DNA of 64,000 nt from Octopus sinensis (Eukaryota). How positions within the stretch are numbered: the stretch's first letter is position 1; every line of letters begins with the position of its first letter. Location: the NCBI RefSeq assembly GCF_006345805.1, contig NC_043004.1, positions 31,434,001-31,498,000 of the forward strand. The letters are read 5' to 3'. The notes under the pieces are model-generated. The model saw only the letters and a program-made list of their open reading frames with translations. It was not told the origin of the DNA and did not search any database. Shown here piece by piece: positions 14,101 through 27,390 of the stretch. A program made the position numbers and the translations under genes.

Positions 14101-17000
14101 TCCTCTCTTCAGGAATGTCACTCTTATCAAAAGAGAGTGGCCTATGATTTTATCTCCCTGTATTTTAGTTTTCATCTGCCTTCATAATCTTTCTGCGCAA
14201 TTATTCTTAAACAGAAAAGGCTTATTGAAAACAGCTGAAATAAATGTAAATATTTGTAATCTATATCAAGAAGCCAATATCCAATCATATTTGTATTTCA
14301 CATTTCATGTATGAACTAACGAAATCATTTTCTTTCTTACACTTTAGTAGCAAGCATACATAACTCTCATGATTTCACAATTCTATTATTAGTAATTAAC
14401 AAAACAATTACAAAATATCAATCCAAAATCTAACTAGATATTAAGACATTCAGTGTGAAACTATTATTTCCTCCAAATTGCCAGAGTTTTCATAAATATA
14501 CATCCATCCACCTCTCTCAATACTGCATCACTATTCAGCTAAAGGGTCTTGTCTTACAAGTTACTCGACTTCATTTGTGCCAGTGCCTCGAAAAAAATGC
14601 ACCCAGTACATTCTGTGAAATGGTTGGCGTTAGAAAGGGTATCAAACCGTAGAAACCATGCCAAAGCAAATATTGGAGCCTAAAGCATCTACTGTCTCGT
14701 CATATCTTGTCGAACAAGTACAACCCATGTCATCATGGAAAACGTACATTAAAATGAGGATGATATTCTCTTTCATGTTTTAATTACATATCAATCAAAA
14801 TATTCTAAATGAGCAGTGATCTTAAGTATCAGCAGTAACTTATATAACATGGATTCATTGGCCAATGCAGTCCTTGACATACAAAAAGAGGGCAGGATAG
14901 GTTTTGATAAGGTTTAACCTGAGGCTAAACAACGGCGAACCGGCAGCAATGCAAATTGAAGAATAATTACACTAACCTCGTGCAGCTAGGTAAGGGAGCA
15001 GACTTGGCCACTCAACAATTGAAAATATATCAATTTATAAGTAGTGGTTGTCAGCAAAAATAACAAATATATCATATTCTATGTTATATTACATTATATA
15101 TTATATTAGGAGATTGCTAACCGAGTGAGTTTAGCCCGAGGTCAATGACCCGGTTTCGATAAACGGTCCGAATTATTTCACTCAATTCTCGGAGCTGTCA
15201 TAACTGCCCCTCCCTCTCCATTAGATCTATGCTGAAGTAAAAAAAAAAAATCACAAATGGTTGAAACGGTCAACAATACTCATTCGTTTGTCAATTTCAG
15301 ACACAAAATACTCTTTTTTTTTTTTTATCAAAAGAAGACTCAACTGTATGCTAAATAATGTTCTTGATCCAATCCAAAGACCCAATTTTCAGTGATGTGC
15401 TAGTACTAGTAAGTAACTCGTTATGAACAGACTAAATCTCTCGAGACACTCCATTTACATAAGACTTTCAAAAGTTGATTGCAATATCATTAAAACTTTA
15501 AAAAATGGTAAATGAAACAAAGAATAATTTTCTCCCTCTTCATGGCAGATTACAGGAAATGAAACACATAGGATAGATAACAAGATCGCCTTTGTCAGTA
15601 AAACCTTCTATGAAACACGCAATAAAGAGAATGTCAAAAGGAAACTAGAAGCTCGACCTGCTAGAAATAGCAACCCGATTCTTCCACAAACCATATCCTA
15701 CCGTCTTAAAAAAACATGTTAATCAATATAGTTTTTAATATACGAAGATGAAATGATCAGAGTAGAAATGTCTTTGATCATGGGTCTGTTCGATCAGGGC
15801 CGAATTAGTATTAAATTTAATAATGAACTGATTAAACCTACAGAAATTATTTAACATCTCAAAAATAAGAATTATAATCTAATAACTGATTAAACCTAGA
15901 GAAATTAAACATCGCAAAAATAAAAATAATAGTATATATATAAAAAGTTAATTCCAAAATTGTTAATGTGAGACATAATTATTAAATGAAATCTATAGAC
16001 TGAGGAAGAAGACCGATCGCTTCTCGATATCCTCTTTTATAGATTTAAAGGACGTAGCCTATATAATCCAATTGAAATGTAATTAGCCAGGAAGAGGAGA
16101 GCATGAATCTGTACTCAGAAGCAACAGCTTATTGCTGCAAACTCTATTTTATTTCATGATGAGACTGAAAACGGTCCTAAGCCATTTCACTTCTTTTCCT
16201 TTTTATTGTTTCAATAGATTATTATTCATTCACAAATTGTCTATAATGGAAAATTGCCCACAGAAGGCAGATTCGATGAAGAAATGTAATATAGGAGTAG
16301 GCCGATATGTATTTGCGGCTAATAGTCAAATAATTTTGCTTTATAACAAGAATAAATTTCGTTTATAAAGTATATTTTAAAAAAGTGGAATGAAATGACC
16401 AAATGAGATTTCGCTTCTGGAAGAGAAGATATATTAGGTTTTAAATTGGAAGAAAATGCTGTTTTAGCTAGAGTCACACTATTTGGAGCTGTAAATGTTT
16501 ATATGTGTGTGTATATATATAGAGAGAGAGAGATAGATAGATATAGATATATATGGATATGTCCAATAACGAAACATTGCCTATATATACATGTGTATGT
16601 AGGTAGGCCAGCCTAATTTATCATTACTAGTTAGGTTAATAGTAAAAATTTAACAGCTGGTGGCTGATCGTGTAATGGCTACGAAAGAAGAACATTATTT
16701 AAAGAATTCCCATGAGGGAAATATAAAATCATGAAATGAAAATTTTAACGAATTATGAAAATCATTAATAGTGTAAGTAGTGAAATATATGTTTAATATT
16801 ATGGAAACGAAAGAGGAATGTGGTGTGCAACGATGACAAGAGCGGCGGCGGCCGTGGATGGAAATGCCGGTAATAGGAACACGGGAGGGGGGAGGCAAGA
16901 AGCATGAGCTAGATCGAAAAGGAGACGTTAAATAGGCAACGATCGAGATGAAGAATGGTATAAAAGAGGAGTAGATATAAATAGCGGTGATCTGACTTAC

Positions 17001-17072
17001 AAGTGTACTTAGATCTTGTTTCGATAAATGTGGCTGAAGCGCTTTTTTCGCGGTGTTCTGGTCTTCACCCAT
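17001..17072 (-). CDS. EIF2S3: eIF2 gamma coding exon 1 (MGEDQNTAKKALQPHLSKQDLSTL)
   Basis: ATG in strong context (agcATGG) inside a CpG-rich region. QPHLSKQDLSTL matches the conserved QPHLSRQDLTTL N-terminus. Ends at a GTAAGT donor, phase 0. Confidence 0.95.
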
Positions 17073-17109
17073 GCTGGACTGATGCAATATGGCCTCTTCC
17101 CAGAATGCA

Positions 17110-17190
17110 GAGCGGCTGTGACGGCGCCATCTACTGCCGGTTTCTTCTTATAGAAAGAGTTCTCGCACTTCCTGAACAGACGACGACGAA
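17110..17190 (-). promoter_or_regulatory. eIF2 gamma core promoter region with YY1-like (AGATGGCG) and ETS-like (CAGGAAGTG) motifs
   Basis: Motifs sit 55-100 nt upstream of the ATG in a CpG-retaining stretch (about 16600-17520). The TSS was not determined. Confidence 0.5.
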
Positions 17191-17587
17191 CTTAGTGGTG
17201 GTGTAAAAGCCCACCCCTTTACATAATACTAGCATACCCGTATAGTCAAAGACGCTGACTGTTCTTATAATGATAGAAAATGGTATATAAAAGTAGTGGA
17301 GAAACGATTTGTAAATGTCAGCAATCGAGTAAATATATGCATACACAGAACTGAAGCGCTTGAACAGATAGAGTTGTCAGTTCTCAGTTGAAAATATTAT
17401 TGCCCATGTAATATATACATACATATGTATATATATATATATATGAGTTTTGTTTAGTGGGATATATTATCCGGACGTAGCTCTCAGTTATGTTCCAGCT
17501 TACGACTAAAAATATGCTGTATGACAAAACTTAAAATAAAAGGAAATAAATGTACTTGTCTCCATATTCTCTACCATTATATTTATT

Positions 17588-17750
17588 GCAGGAGTAGCTG
17601 TGTGGTCAGAAGTTTGCTTCCCAACCACATTGTTCCAGGTTCAGTCCCGCCCTGTGGCACCTTGGACAAGTGTCTTCTACTATAGGCTCGGACCAACCAA
17701 AGCCTTGTGAATGGATTTGGTAGACAGAAACCGAAAGAAGCCCATCGTAC

Positions 17751-17781
<31 letters not shown>

Positions 17782-18035
17782 TGTATGTATGTATGTATGC
17801 ATGTATGCATGTATGTATGCATGCATGCATGTATTTGTGTGTGTCCCCACCACCATCGCTTGACAACCAATGTTGGTGTGTTTACAGCTCCATAACTTAA
17901 TGGTTCAACAAAAGGGATCGATAGAATAAGTACTATGCTTACAAAGAATAAGTCCTGGAGTCAATTTGCTCAATTAAAGGCAGTGCTCCAGCATGGTCGC
18001 AGGCAAATGACTGAAACAAATAAAATTTGAAAAAA
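17588..18035 (+). mobile_element. tRNA-derived SINE (family with internal microsatellite), full copy
   Basis: Head gtagctgtgtggtcagaagtttgcttcccaaccac..ggttcagtccc, then (TATG)n, then the conserved 3' part. Sister copies at about 9290-9610(-), 42689-43075(+), 49436-49620 plus 51319-51540(+) and 57975-58160(+). Confidence 0.85.
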
Positions 18036-18044
18036 AGGAAATAT

Positions 18045-18470
18045 ATCATCATCATCATTATCATCGTTTTACATCCGCTTTCCATGCTGGCATGGGTTGG
18101 ATGGTTTGACTGAGGACTGGTGAGCCAGAGGTTGTACCAGGCTCAATCTGATCTGGCAAAGTTTCTACAGCTGGATGCCTTTCCTAATGCCATGCGCTCT
18201 GAAAGTGTAGTGGGTGCTTTTACGTGCCACCGGCACAAAGGCCAGTCAGGCGGTTCTGGCAACGACCATGCTCAAAAGGTGTTTTTACATGCTACCTGCA
18301 CAGGAGCCAGTCCAGCGAGCATGATCAAATGCTGTTTTTCACATGCCACCAGCATATGTGCCAGTAAAGCAACACTAGCAATGATCACACTCGAATGGTG
18401 CTTTTCATGTGTCACTGGCATGGGAGCCAATCCGTGGTGCTGACAATGATTATGCTCGGATGTGCTTTTA
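18045..18470 (-). mobile_element. (GAT)n-tailed SINE (LINE-like 3' end ...aacccatgccagcatggaaagcggacgttaaacgatgatg)
   Basis: Very abundant here, for example 4240-4540, 6090-6400, 12960-13250, 22600-22935, 37339-37800, 41736-41972, 45170-46010, 47140-47500 and 54340-55440. Confidence 0.8.
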
Positions 18471-18479
18471 ATATATATA

Positions 18480-19771
18480 CGAGGGGTGTCTGAAAAGTCT
18501 TGAACCTCAAAAAAACAAAACGTAGTACAAGACTTCTGATGATTTATTTTTCAACATAGTCCCCTTTGATGGCTGAACACATTCTCCCGCAGTGCTGAAG
18601 TGCCATTATCCTGGCATAGAAGAACTCTTTTGTTTGAGACTCTAAGGAACTTCCTACAGTATCTATGATGTCATTGTCAGTGGCAAAATGGCAACCAGCC
18701 AGGGCTTTTTTCATTTTGGGGAATAGGTGAAAGTCAGAGGGGGCTAAGTCTGGCGAATAAGGCAGATGGGGAAAAAGTTCGTATCCACAATCTTTAATTG
18801 TTGCCATGGCAACCACTGAGGTTTAGGCTGGAGCATTGTCGTGATGAAAAGGGGCACCTCTGGTGAGCATTCCCTGCCTTTTTTCTTTTATTGCTTCTTG
18901 GAGGCATTACAGTAGCTGAGAATAATACAGCCCTGTCACAGTGTGACCCTTTTCAAGGTAATCGATCAGCAAGAAACCTTGAGAATCCCAAGAAACTGAC
19001 GCTGTGACCTTGCCAGCTGAAGGAATGACCTGGCCTTCTTTGGGGTAGGAGAAGATGTGTGCTTCCACCACTTTGATAGTTCTTTGGTTTCAGGCTGGTA
19101 GTGATGAACCCAACTTTCGTCCATAGTAATAAAACGAGCAAGAAAATTCTCTTCATCGGCTTCAAACAGTTCCAGATTGCTCATGGACAAAGTGCACCTG
19201 GTGCATTTCTGTTCAGGAGTCAAAAGGCAAAGGACCCACCTTGCAGAAACCTTTGAGAACCCAAGTTCTTTTTTCACAATGTTGTCTGCTCTTTCATTTG
19301 AGATGCCCAATCTCTCGGCTATCTGGCGACATGATATTCGATTAACTTCCATTATCATACCAAGAGCAAGGTCAATGTTGTCCTCAGTGGTTGTAGTTGG
19401 AGGTCTCCCTGGTGTGGGATCATCTTCCACACTCTCCCTACCATGCTGGAATTCATTTGCCCAGCGTTTGACTGTTGCATATGAAGGAGCATTGTCTGTT
19501 AAGGTTCTCACCATATCTTTATGGATTTCTGATGGAGTCATGCCTTTCAAATGAAGGTACTTTATGACAGCACGATACTCAGTTTTCTCCATTTTCCTTG
19601 TAACCTTGACATTTGTTTATTCAAAAATCTATAACAAAAAAAATTTAAATATCAGAATCATGAAAATGAGCAAGAATACTCCAAAAAGACTGTACTTACC
19701 AGAAAAAATTGTTTCAGCTACCTAGCAGCCCCATTTCTAGGTTAGGCTCAAAACTTTTCATACACCCCTCG
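18480..19771 (-). mobile_element. Full-length but disrupted mariner element (D,D34D; irritans-like)
   Basis: 1292 bp with CGAGGGGTGT TIRs flanked by TA. Transposase pieces at 18966..19592 and 18544..18816 carry TMDESWVHHY, HHDNAP and PYSPDLAPSDFHLF motifs, with a frameshift and stops. Confidence 0.93.
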
Positions 19772-20039
19772 TATATTTCTTTTTTACTTTTATTTGTTTC
19801 AGTCATATGAAATATCTCTTTTTGATGCCCTTCCCCTCACCAACCTCAAATAAGATAATATTTCACCATCGCCAAACATGATTACGTGGAACCTTGAAAA
19901 CAAGGTTCCACATAAAAAAGAGCTTCACTTGTATAGCAGTAACACTCATTACAACTACAGCCTGATGTCAAGGCAATGGGACAGTAAAACACATAGACAC
20001 ATATACAAATACACATACAAACACACACACACTCATACA

Positions 20040-20053
20040 TGTATATATTTGTA

Positions 20054-20096
<43 letters not shown>

Positions 20097-20272
20097 TATA
20101 TTAATTAGAGATAAAACCACTATTAGGCAATAATTTGCCTAATAGTGGTTTTATCTCTAATTTAATATAATATAATATATTTATACTATAAAATTGGATT
20201 TAATCCTAAATCTAATTTTTCCCAGTAAGTTTGGACTTATTCCCTAATATTATTATTATTAATATATATATA

Positions 20273-20318
<46 letters not shown>

Positions 20319-20375
20319 TATATATAATATATATATATATTATAATATATATATATATATATATATACGTTTATA
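20040..20375. repeat. Compound (CA/GT/TA)n microsatellite cluster
   Basis: Direct inspection. Similar tracts at 23680-23870, 27800-27848, 45710-45735 and 47115-47140. Confidence 0.95.
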
Positions 20376-20423
20376 TATTTGTTTTGCAAGATTCTTGGTG
20401 TGAAATCGGGTGTTGAAATAGAC

Positions 20424-20616
20424 ATTGTTGTATTTAGGGATGGTCATGTTGCCAGTTTAGCCAATAAAAACACACACTATACATTTGGTGTTAATTTGCT
20501 TCAGTTTTATTTATTTTTTACAAATAAATAAAGCTGAAGCAAATTAACACCAAATATATAGTGCATGTGTTTTTATTGGCTAAACTGGCAACATGACCAT
20601 CCCTAAATACAACAAT
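20424..20616. repeat. Near-perfect 193-bp palindrome
   Basis: attgttgtatttagggatggtcatgttgccagtttagccaataaaaacac... and its reverse complement. Confidence 0.9.
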
Positions 20617-21328
20617 ATATATATATATATAAATATATAAGAAATAATTGAGATTCAGTTGAATTAGGTACTTAAGTTGAAGCACCAAGTCAGTCTGGTA
20701 TTATCTGCACAGCTCGAAGTAAGGTGAATAAAATCAAAATAAAATCAAAATAAGCAAATACTTTAACATAGCAGAAGATGAAAGAAATCCATGTCATCGT
20801 TATTGTAGCTAACAATAGACTACACTTCCAAGAAATGCATGAAGCCCACTGGGGTCATAGCTTGTAAAGGATTGTGGTTCATTTTTAATTTATTAATCTT
20901 TTTATCAACTACTAAATCTAAGACTAGAGGACTGTGTCTGTTTAGAATGAAGAGCAAGAGTGAGCTGACTGCTCATGGCTAGGTATGGTCATAAATATTG
21001 TTAAGATTTTTAGAGTCATAAATTGGGTATAAAGTATCTGTCTCTAAAGGGGGCTGGGTAGGGGAAGACCCCAAATCATGATGCTAATTACCAGTTAAAT
21101 GGGCAAATGCTAATAAAACCTGTGATGTTAATACAGAGGAAATTTTTTCATGGGGTACTATGGGTGATTGTTAATAAACAATATTGTGTCCAACTGATTA
21201 AAATTCTATTTATTTATTTGTGCAGCTGATGATAGCTCTGCATTTAAACTGATGTAATGATTGCATTGTTCAATTAAATGGAGCCACTTGAAAGAGTCAT
21301 ACTTCTTGATATCCTGTTGCTTATTTTG

Positions 21329-21359
<31 letters not shown>

Positions 21360-21367
<8 letters not shown>

Positions 21368-21760
21368 GGTAGACTACATGAAGCTTGTATACGAATAGCT
21401 ATACTCCATGGTAGTGGGACATGGGCTCTTAATGCAGAAGACATGCATAGACTGGAGAGAAATGAAGATAGTACAGCAAAGTGCAAATGTATTGAGAGAA
21501 AAGTTAGGCATAAGAGGAATCAAATGTAGCATGCAAGAGAGAAGACTACGTTAGTTTGGACATGTGATGTGTATGAATGAGGACAGCTGCATAAAGAAGT
21601 GCTGGTCACTGAAAGTGGATGGTACCTGTGAAAGAGGGTGATCCAGGAAGATGTGGGATGAAGTGATAAGGACTGATCTCAGGATGTTGGACCTCGTGGA
21701 GGAAATGACCATGGACTGAGATGTCTGGCAATATGAAGATCTTGAGAAGAGCCACCCACA
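21360..21760 (+). mobile_element. RTE-type LINE 3' fragment
   Basis: GRLHEACIRIAILHGSGTWAL...RLERNE followed by a degenerate FGHVMCM motif, as in the post-RT region of RTE elements. Confidence 0.7.
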
Positions 21761-22965
21761 TCAGTTCTAGAAGCGCTGTGTGTCCCACCCACACTTAATG
21801 AAAACTTCTCACACACTACCACAACAAACCAAGCAACGTCTCTACATCCCTTCTCTTCCTCACATTTCCACTTCATATACTATAATTACCGCCCACTCAT
21901 CAATCTTGGCCTAGTGCTACTGTATCATTGCTCTCTGATTGCCCCTGACCTGTGTGTTCGACCCACATGCCTTGTCTCACTCTATTATTGCTATCTGCTA
22001 GCCCTACATGTAACAAGAAAACTTTTCCCTCACCCTACCTCAACAAACCAATCTACATCTCTTCTCTTTCTCACATTTCCTCCTTTGTTCACTATGCCTA
22101 GCTCTCACTCCCCAATCCTGTCCTCTGTATTATCGTTATCCAGTAGCCCCTCCAACTATATATATATATATATATACCCAGGTATTTTGCCACTTACTCG
22201 CACTCTTTAATCACACTCCTTTTGCAATACCCTGTCAATAATATTATGGCATTTGAATCTCAAGGGTATGCCCTAGCACTTGCCACCATCTATATCTCTT
22301 TCTTTCTTTAATCAATCATTTCATTTATACTCTGATCCCTGTTCCTTGTGAGTATGCCCAACATTTTGCCAACATCTCCATCCTCTCTCTTTCTCTTTTT
22401 CTCCTGCACTTCCCTCAGGTTGGGCAACCGTGTATTTTCTTTGCAGTAGCACACTTGTTTCTGTCTTCATTCCTGATCTTTCTCTCTCTGGTCAGGTAAC
22501 CTTGTACTTCTTCTATAGCAAGACACCTGTAATTGTCTTACTGTAACCTTTTCATCATCACCTCCTCCCCTCTTAAAAGTCTTTGTCTTGCAAGTACTTG
22601 GTGACCCCATCAGTGCAGGTGCCACTTAAAAGCACCCAGTCCACAGTGTAAAGTGATTGGTATTTGGAATGGCATCCAGCTGTAAAAACCTTACCAAAAT
22701 TGACCTCGCCTGTGATTGTGCCATGTAAAAATCACTACTCACCTTGTCTGTACTTGTGCCACATAAAAATCACAAAGTCCACTCTCCTGAGTGGTTGGCG
22801 TTAGGAAGGGCATCCAGCTGTAAAAATCCTGCCAAAACCGACACAGAATACTGGTGCAGGCTTCAGCCTGGTCAGCTCTTTTACTGTCCCAGCCATGCTA
22901 GTATGGAACATGGGCATTAAATGATGATGATGATCTATGTATATAAATATATATATATATTGTAT

Positions 22966-23005
<40 letters not shown>

Positions 23006-23693
23006 TAGATATAGATATGAATTAATGTAGACTTACCTTGTATTCAATCCCCTCTCTCTCTTTCGGAGAGGCACTGAGCAGCTATACGCACACATACACA
23101 CACGGCAGTAACTTCCACCTACCGAATTCAATCACAAAGCTTCGGTCAGCTCGGGGCTATAGCGGAAGACACCTACCCAAAGTTCCACGCAGTGAGACTG
23201 AACCCGAAACCATGTAGTTGGGAAGCAAGCTCCCTAACCACACAGCCATATTTCAAGGTTATGACCCATTTTCAAGAAATAGACGAATGTTGCCGATGTG
23301 TATGTGTGCACATGAGCAACATTCATCTGTTTCTTGAAAATGGGGTCATAACCCCGAAATATTGAATACAAGGTAAGTCTACATTAATTCACATATTTGT
23401 TTTCTTGTGATTTACCTTGCATTTAATTTGCATCGTTTTGACCTTACCCACGATCCTTTATACAATACTTCATGGTAATTATTCCATTATAATTTATACA
23501 TACATATGTACATGTATGTATGTATATTTTAACATCCCTAATTATCCACATACATATATCTGTTGGTCTTCTTTCAGTTGCAGTCTACCAAATCTACTGA
23601 CAAGGTTTTGGTCAGCTCTGGGCTGTAGTAGAAGACACTTGCTCTATGTGCCTATCCATACCTGTACATATGTCTGTGTGTGTAATATATATA

Positions 23694-23760
<67 letters not shown>

Positions 23761-25599
23761 TGTATGTGTGTGTATACATATGTATGTATGTATGTATATA
23801 TGTATGTATGTATGATGTATGTATGTATACATGCATACACACACACACATGTACATATATGTATGTAAAAAATTTATAAATTTGTGTGTGTGTGTGTAAA
23901 ATTGATAAAATATATTTATGATAATTTACAATAAAAGTTTAGTTTCATGTTGATTATGATACTGATGACTTGGGAGCAAAGCATTTCACTATTGCTCACC
24001 TGCATTTAACATCTCCAACTGTCATTCACTGCCACTCCACTTGCTGTTTTAGCTTCTATCATCCAGCATAACTGATGTGAAGCACATTGTATTTTATTAG
24101 ACATAAAATAAAATTAGTTAAGCACTTAGAATGAACTTTCAAACACGAAAGACAAACAAAACAACTAAGTAGAGATGCTGTTATAGCAAGAGAGTAGAAA
24201 TGCTGTTGAAAAATTTTTTTTAAAAACTATTTCATTAAGCATTATGAGACAAATGTAAAAAAATAAGCAAAATGACTCCAGCTCATCTTAAATGCTTTAG
24301 AAAGCAAAGATTTTAAAATTGGAATGAATTCAACAGCTTCAAATACTAAAGTGTTACTCACAAAAAAAAAAAGGCGCATAGCATATTATATATATATACT
24401 AGCTGGCCTCATGCCATCAAAAATGATGGCTAATTGTAGTATTTTATATATAAATATGGATGGTAAATCGAATTAATACACTTGTCAACGTTCACATACA
24501 TTCACATACTTCCCTTGTATATGCACACACATACACACATATACTCACACAAAGTTGAAATGCTGTTTGATTTTTCTTTTCAGCGTTGAATGTTCACCAT
24601 CCCACCAGTTTGCCATTACCCCTTCCTTCCTTATTCATCTATCACCCCTTCTTTTCTCATTCATATGTTGTGACGGAGAAAAACACAAGAGTATTATTAT
24701 AGTAGATTGATAGTAGTGATTGAACCCATTACAGAGCCAGGGAAATTACTTTTCCTCTACTTTTTATGTTCTGAGTTTAGATCTCACCAAGGTCAAAGCA
24801 GCAAGTTAGCAGAATCAGTAAAACATTGGAAAATGCTCTGAGATATTTCTTCTGGCTCTTTTCGTTTTGAGTTCAAATCCCACTGAGGTCAACTTTACCT
24901 TCCATCTTTTCAGGGTCAATAAAATAAAGTACCAATAAATTACTTGAGTGGCAGTCACAATCCCTACCCCCTTAGAAATTGTGGGCATGGTGCTTAAATC
25001 AGACTTTTTGATTCAGTACATAAAATGCTAAATGTAAATTGAGAAATTTGAAACAAAGCTGTAATTCGTAAAGTCTTCATGAACATAGAATTTGATGACT
25101 TCTTTGTTCCTGCTTTTTATTCATGACTTTATCAAAACATGGAACTTTCTGATTGCAATCCACAGGTCAGATGATCCCTAAATTTGGATTTGATTGATAA
25201 AGAGAAATGAATACAGATTCACAAAAGTATGTTATTTTATTGTAAATAGAATGAGGACACAGTTCTTTGTCATAATTTCTTATATGTTAAATATATGCAT
25301 GTATGCTAAATACTCATACAGAACTTTAATCCTTAGTCTGCTTAAAATTATTTTTTAGAGTTACTTAATCATTTCATTCTGAAAAGTCACTTTAATATAG
25401 TACCGTATTTGGTGGTATAAAAGATGCAGTCATAGTAGACATACCCTAATTTCAGCAGTGAACATTCAAGAAAAAAATGGTCTTAGCATGCAATATAGGA
25501 TCCAGGGTGGGTTTTTTTTAGACATATCTTTGGTAAAAAAAAGTGCATCTTATGTGACATCAAATATTGTCTCATCCATTGATAGCTGAAATATTTTTC

Positions 25600-26560
25600 A
25601 CTTATATGCAAAGTGTTGACAATCATCACCACACTTGGTAGAAATTCTTCCATTTCAATTTTCTTTCATTGCAACAAGTTTTCAATTTCTTGGCAGCCAG
25701 AAACAATAATAGTGAAAACTATGATTCTGGCATTTTCTTTGATACAAGTGATGGATCTTTTCTTTCCCCGCCATGTCTGTTATATTATCTTTTTGCTTCT
25801 AGATAAGCTTTCAGTTTTCCTGAATTTATGCAGACTAGAGAATGTAAGTGTACCTGTAGTTTACTTTCTGAATAACAAACAAAAATGTAATTCCCAACAG
25901 CTATTTTTTCTTTCATACACTGTGGATCATTCTTAAAGTTCATGGTTTCATCAAACTGCAGACAAAAATATGGTGCTTCCAACAGTTTTGGCATCAACTG
26001 ATTCTTCAGATCTTCAGCAGTGTACATTAAAGGAATTATCCATTTTCTTGCTTTACACAATGCAGTAGAATGACAATGATTTTCAAAATGGTTTGACAAT
26101 TTTCTCAGTTCCTGTGCATGGGTGTTATCCTTTGTGAACACATGAGCTATTTGCTAGTTGGATAGGAGTTAAACTGCAGTATCTGTTTTTACCATCAACA
26201 GGAAACACAGTTTTCCTGCTTCCACAAATACACTTTCATGATTTTGATAACAGTTTGAAATTGTTTTGATATTTACTGCTTTGTTCTAAACAAGTCAGTA
26301 ATTTTGAAGGTTCTAGGCATTGATTGTTACATTTTGCACATCAAAACATTCGCTGAAGTAGTAGAGTTTATTATTAATTCATTTGGAGGAAGGATTAGCC
26401 ATATTTGATAAATCTTTTATTCCATTTTCTTATGTTCTCAAGAGAAGGTGCTTTGGTCCTTGTATTTCCTCCTAGGCTTAAGTTTTCCCTTAACTGTATC
26501 ATTAATAGAATCCTTATATTTATAACACACTTGCCCAATTCCAGGCAAAATCAAAATCAT
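25600..26560 (-). mobile_element. Decayed hAT (Buster/ZBED5-like) transposase sequence
   Basis: IRKWNKRFIKYG BED-like start, then LKNQLMPKLLEAPYFCLQFDET (first catalytic D region), with multiple stops and frameshifts. Confidence 0.7.
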
Positions 26561-26829
26561 TAACGTCCCCATTGTGACTTCATAGCAAAATCTATACTTG
26601 GACTGAAATTATATTCACGCATCCATTGCAAATAGATGCAGCTTCTTGGTGTGTTTTTTTTTTTTTGATATTACTTTCTTTAAGTCCTCTCCTTTAAACA
26701 CTCATTTATTGAAACTGATGGGAGCAACCATCATATCTATAACACATGTAACTTCATTTTTAAGCTTCTTGTCCTCAGTTAACTTGTTACCTCATGTCTT
26801 GTTATATCTTTAAACTGCATCCAGCAGTG

Positions 26830-27390
26830 AGACCCTGGTACAGGAGTTCTAGGATTTGGAAGAGTGTATAACTACCTCTTTGCCACTGTTGTTCCCATGC
26901 CTACTTTGACCTGAAGTAGCAGCACCTGACATAGGGCAAACTATGGGTTAATTACCAAGTCAGTAGGGCAAAAATGGAACACATTAGCCTTGGGTAAGGC
27001 AACCCATCCAGTGGGAAGAAAATCCTGCATCCAAACTGCCTTTGCCTTGCAGCCATACATAGCCACAGGAAAGGATTTGGGAGTAAACTATGAGAAAAAA
27101 TGTCAGTGCCAGAGCACCTGAGGCAATTCAATGTTATTTACAACCTTCTTCTAGCAACTTCTGCAATGACACAGGTGCCAAAGTGTAATGACCATGCTGT
27201 TCTTTTGGATTCATCAGTGGTGTGGAAAGTAGGGGACATACTGAAGGTCAACAACCTGTTCTCAATACTATACTGCCTAGGCTTGGATCCTATCAAACAC
27301 CCTATACTGGAGAGATAGACTGTTCTGCTACAGACGACACTGATCCAATGGGGTGGATAACAAGGACCTTCATCTATGGTCATTCATGAC
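26830..27390. mobile_element. Probable LINE (RTE 5'-type) fragment interrupting the decayed hAT region
   Basis: GC-richer insert with sequence resembling RTE 5' leaders (ttgggtaaggcaacccatccagtgggaagaaaatcctgcatccaaact). No protein motif confirmed. Confidence 0.35.

Noticed and set aside
16695-17087. 130-aa track ORF as a single-exon gene
   Set aside because: Only codons 6-29 are real (eIF2-gamma exon 1). The TTG start and the read-through past the GTAAGT donor are intronic.
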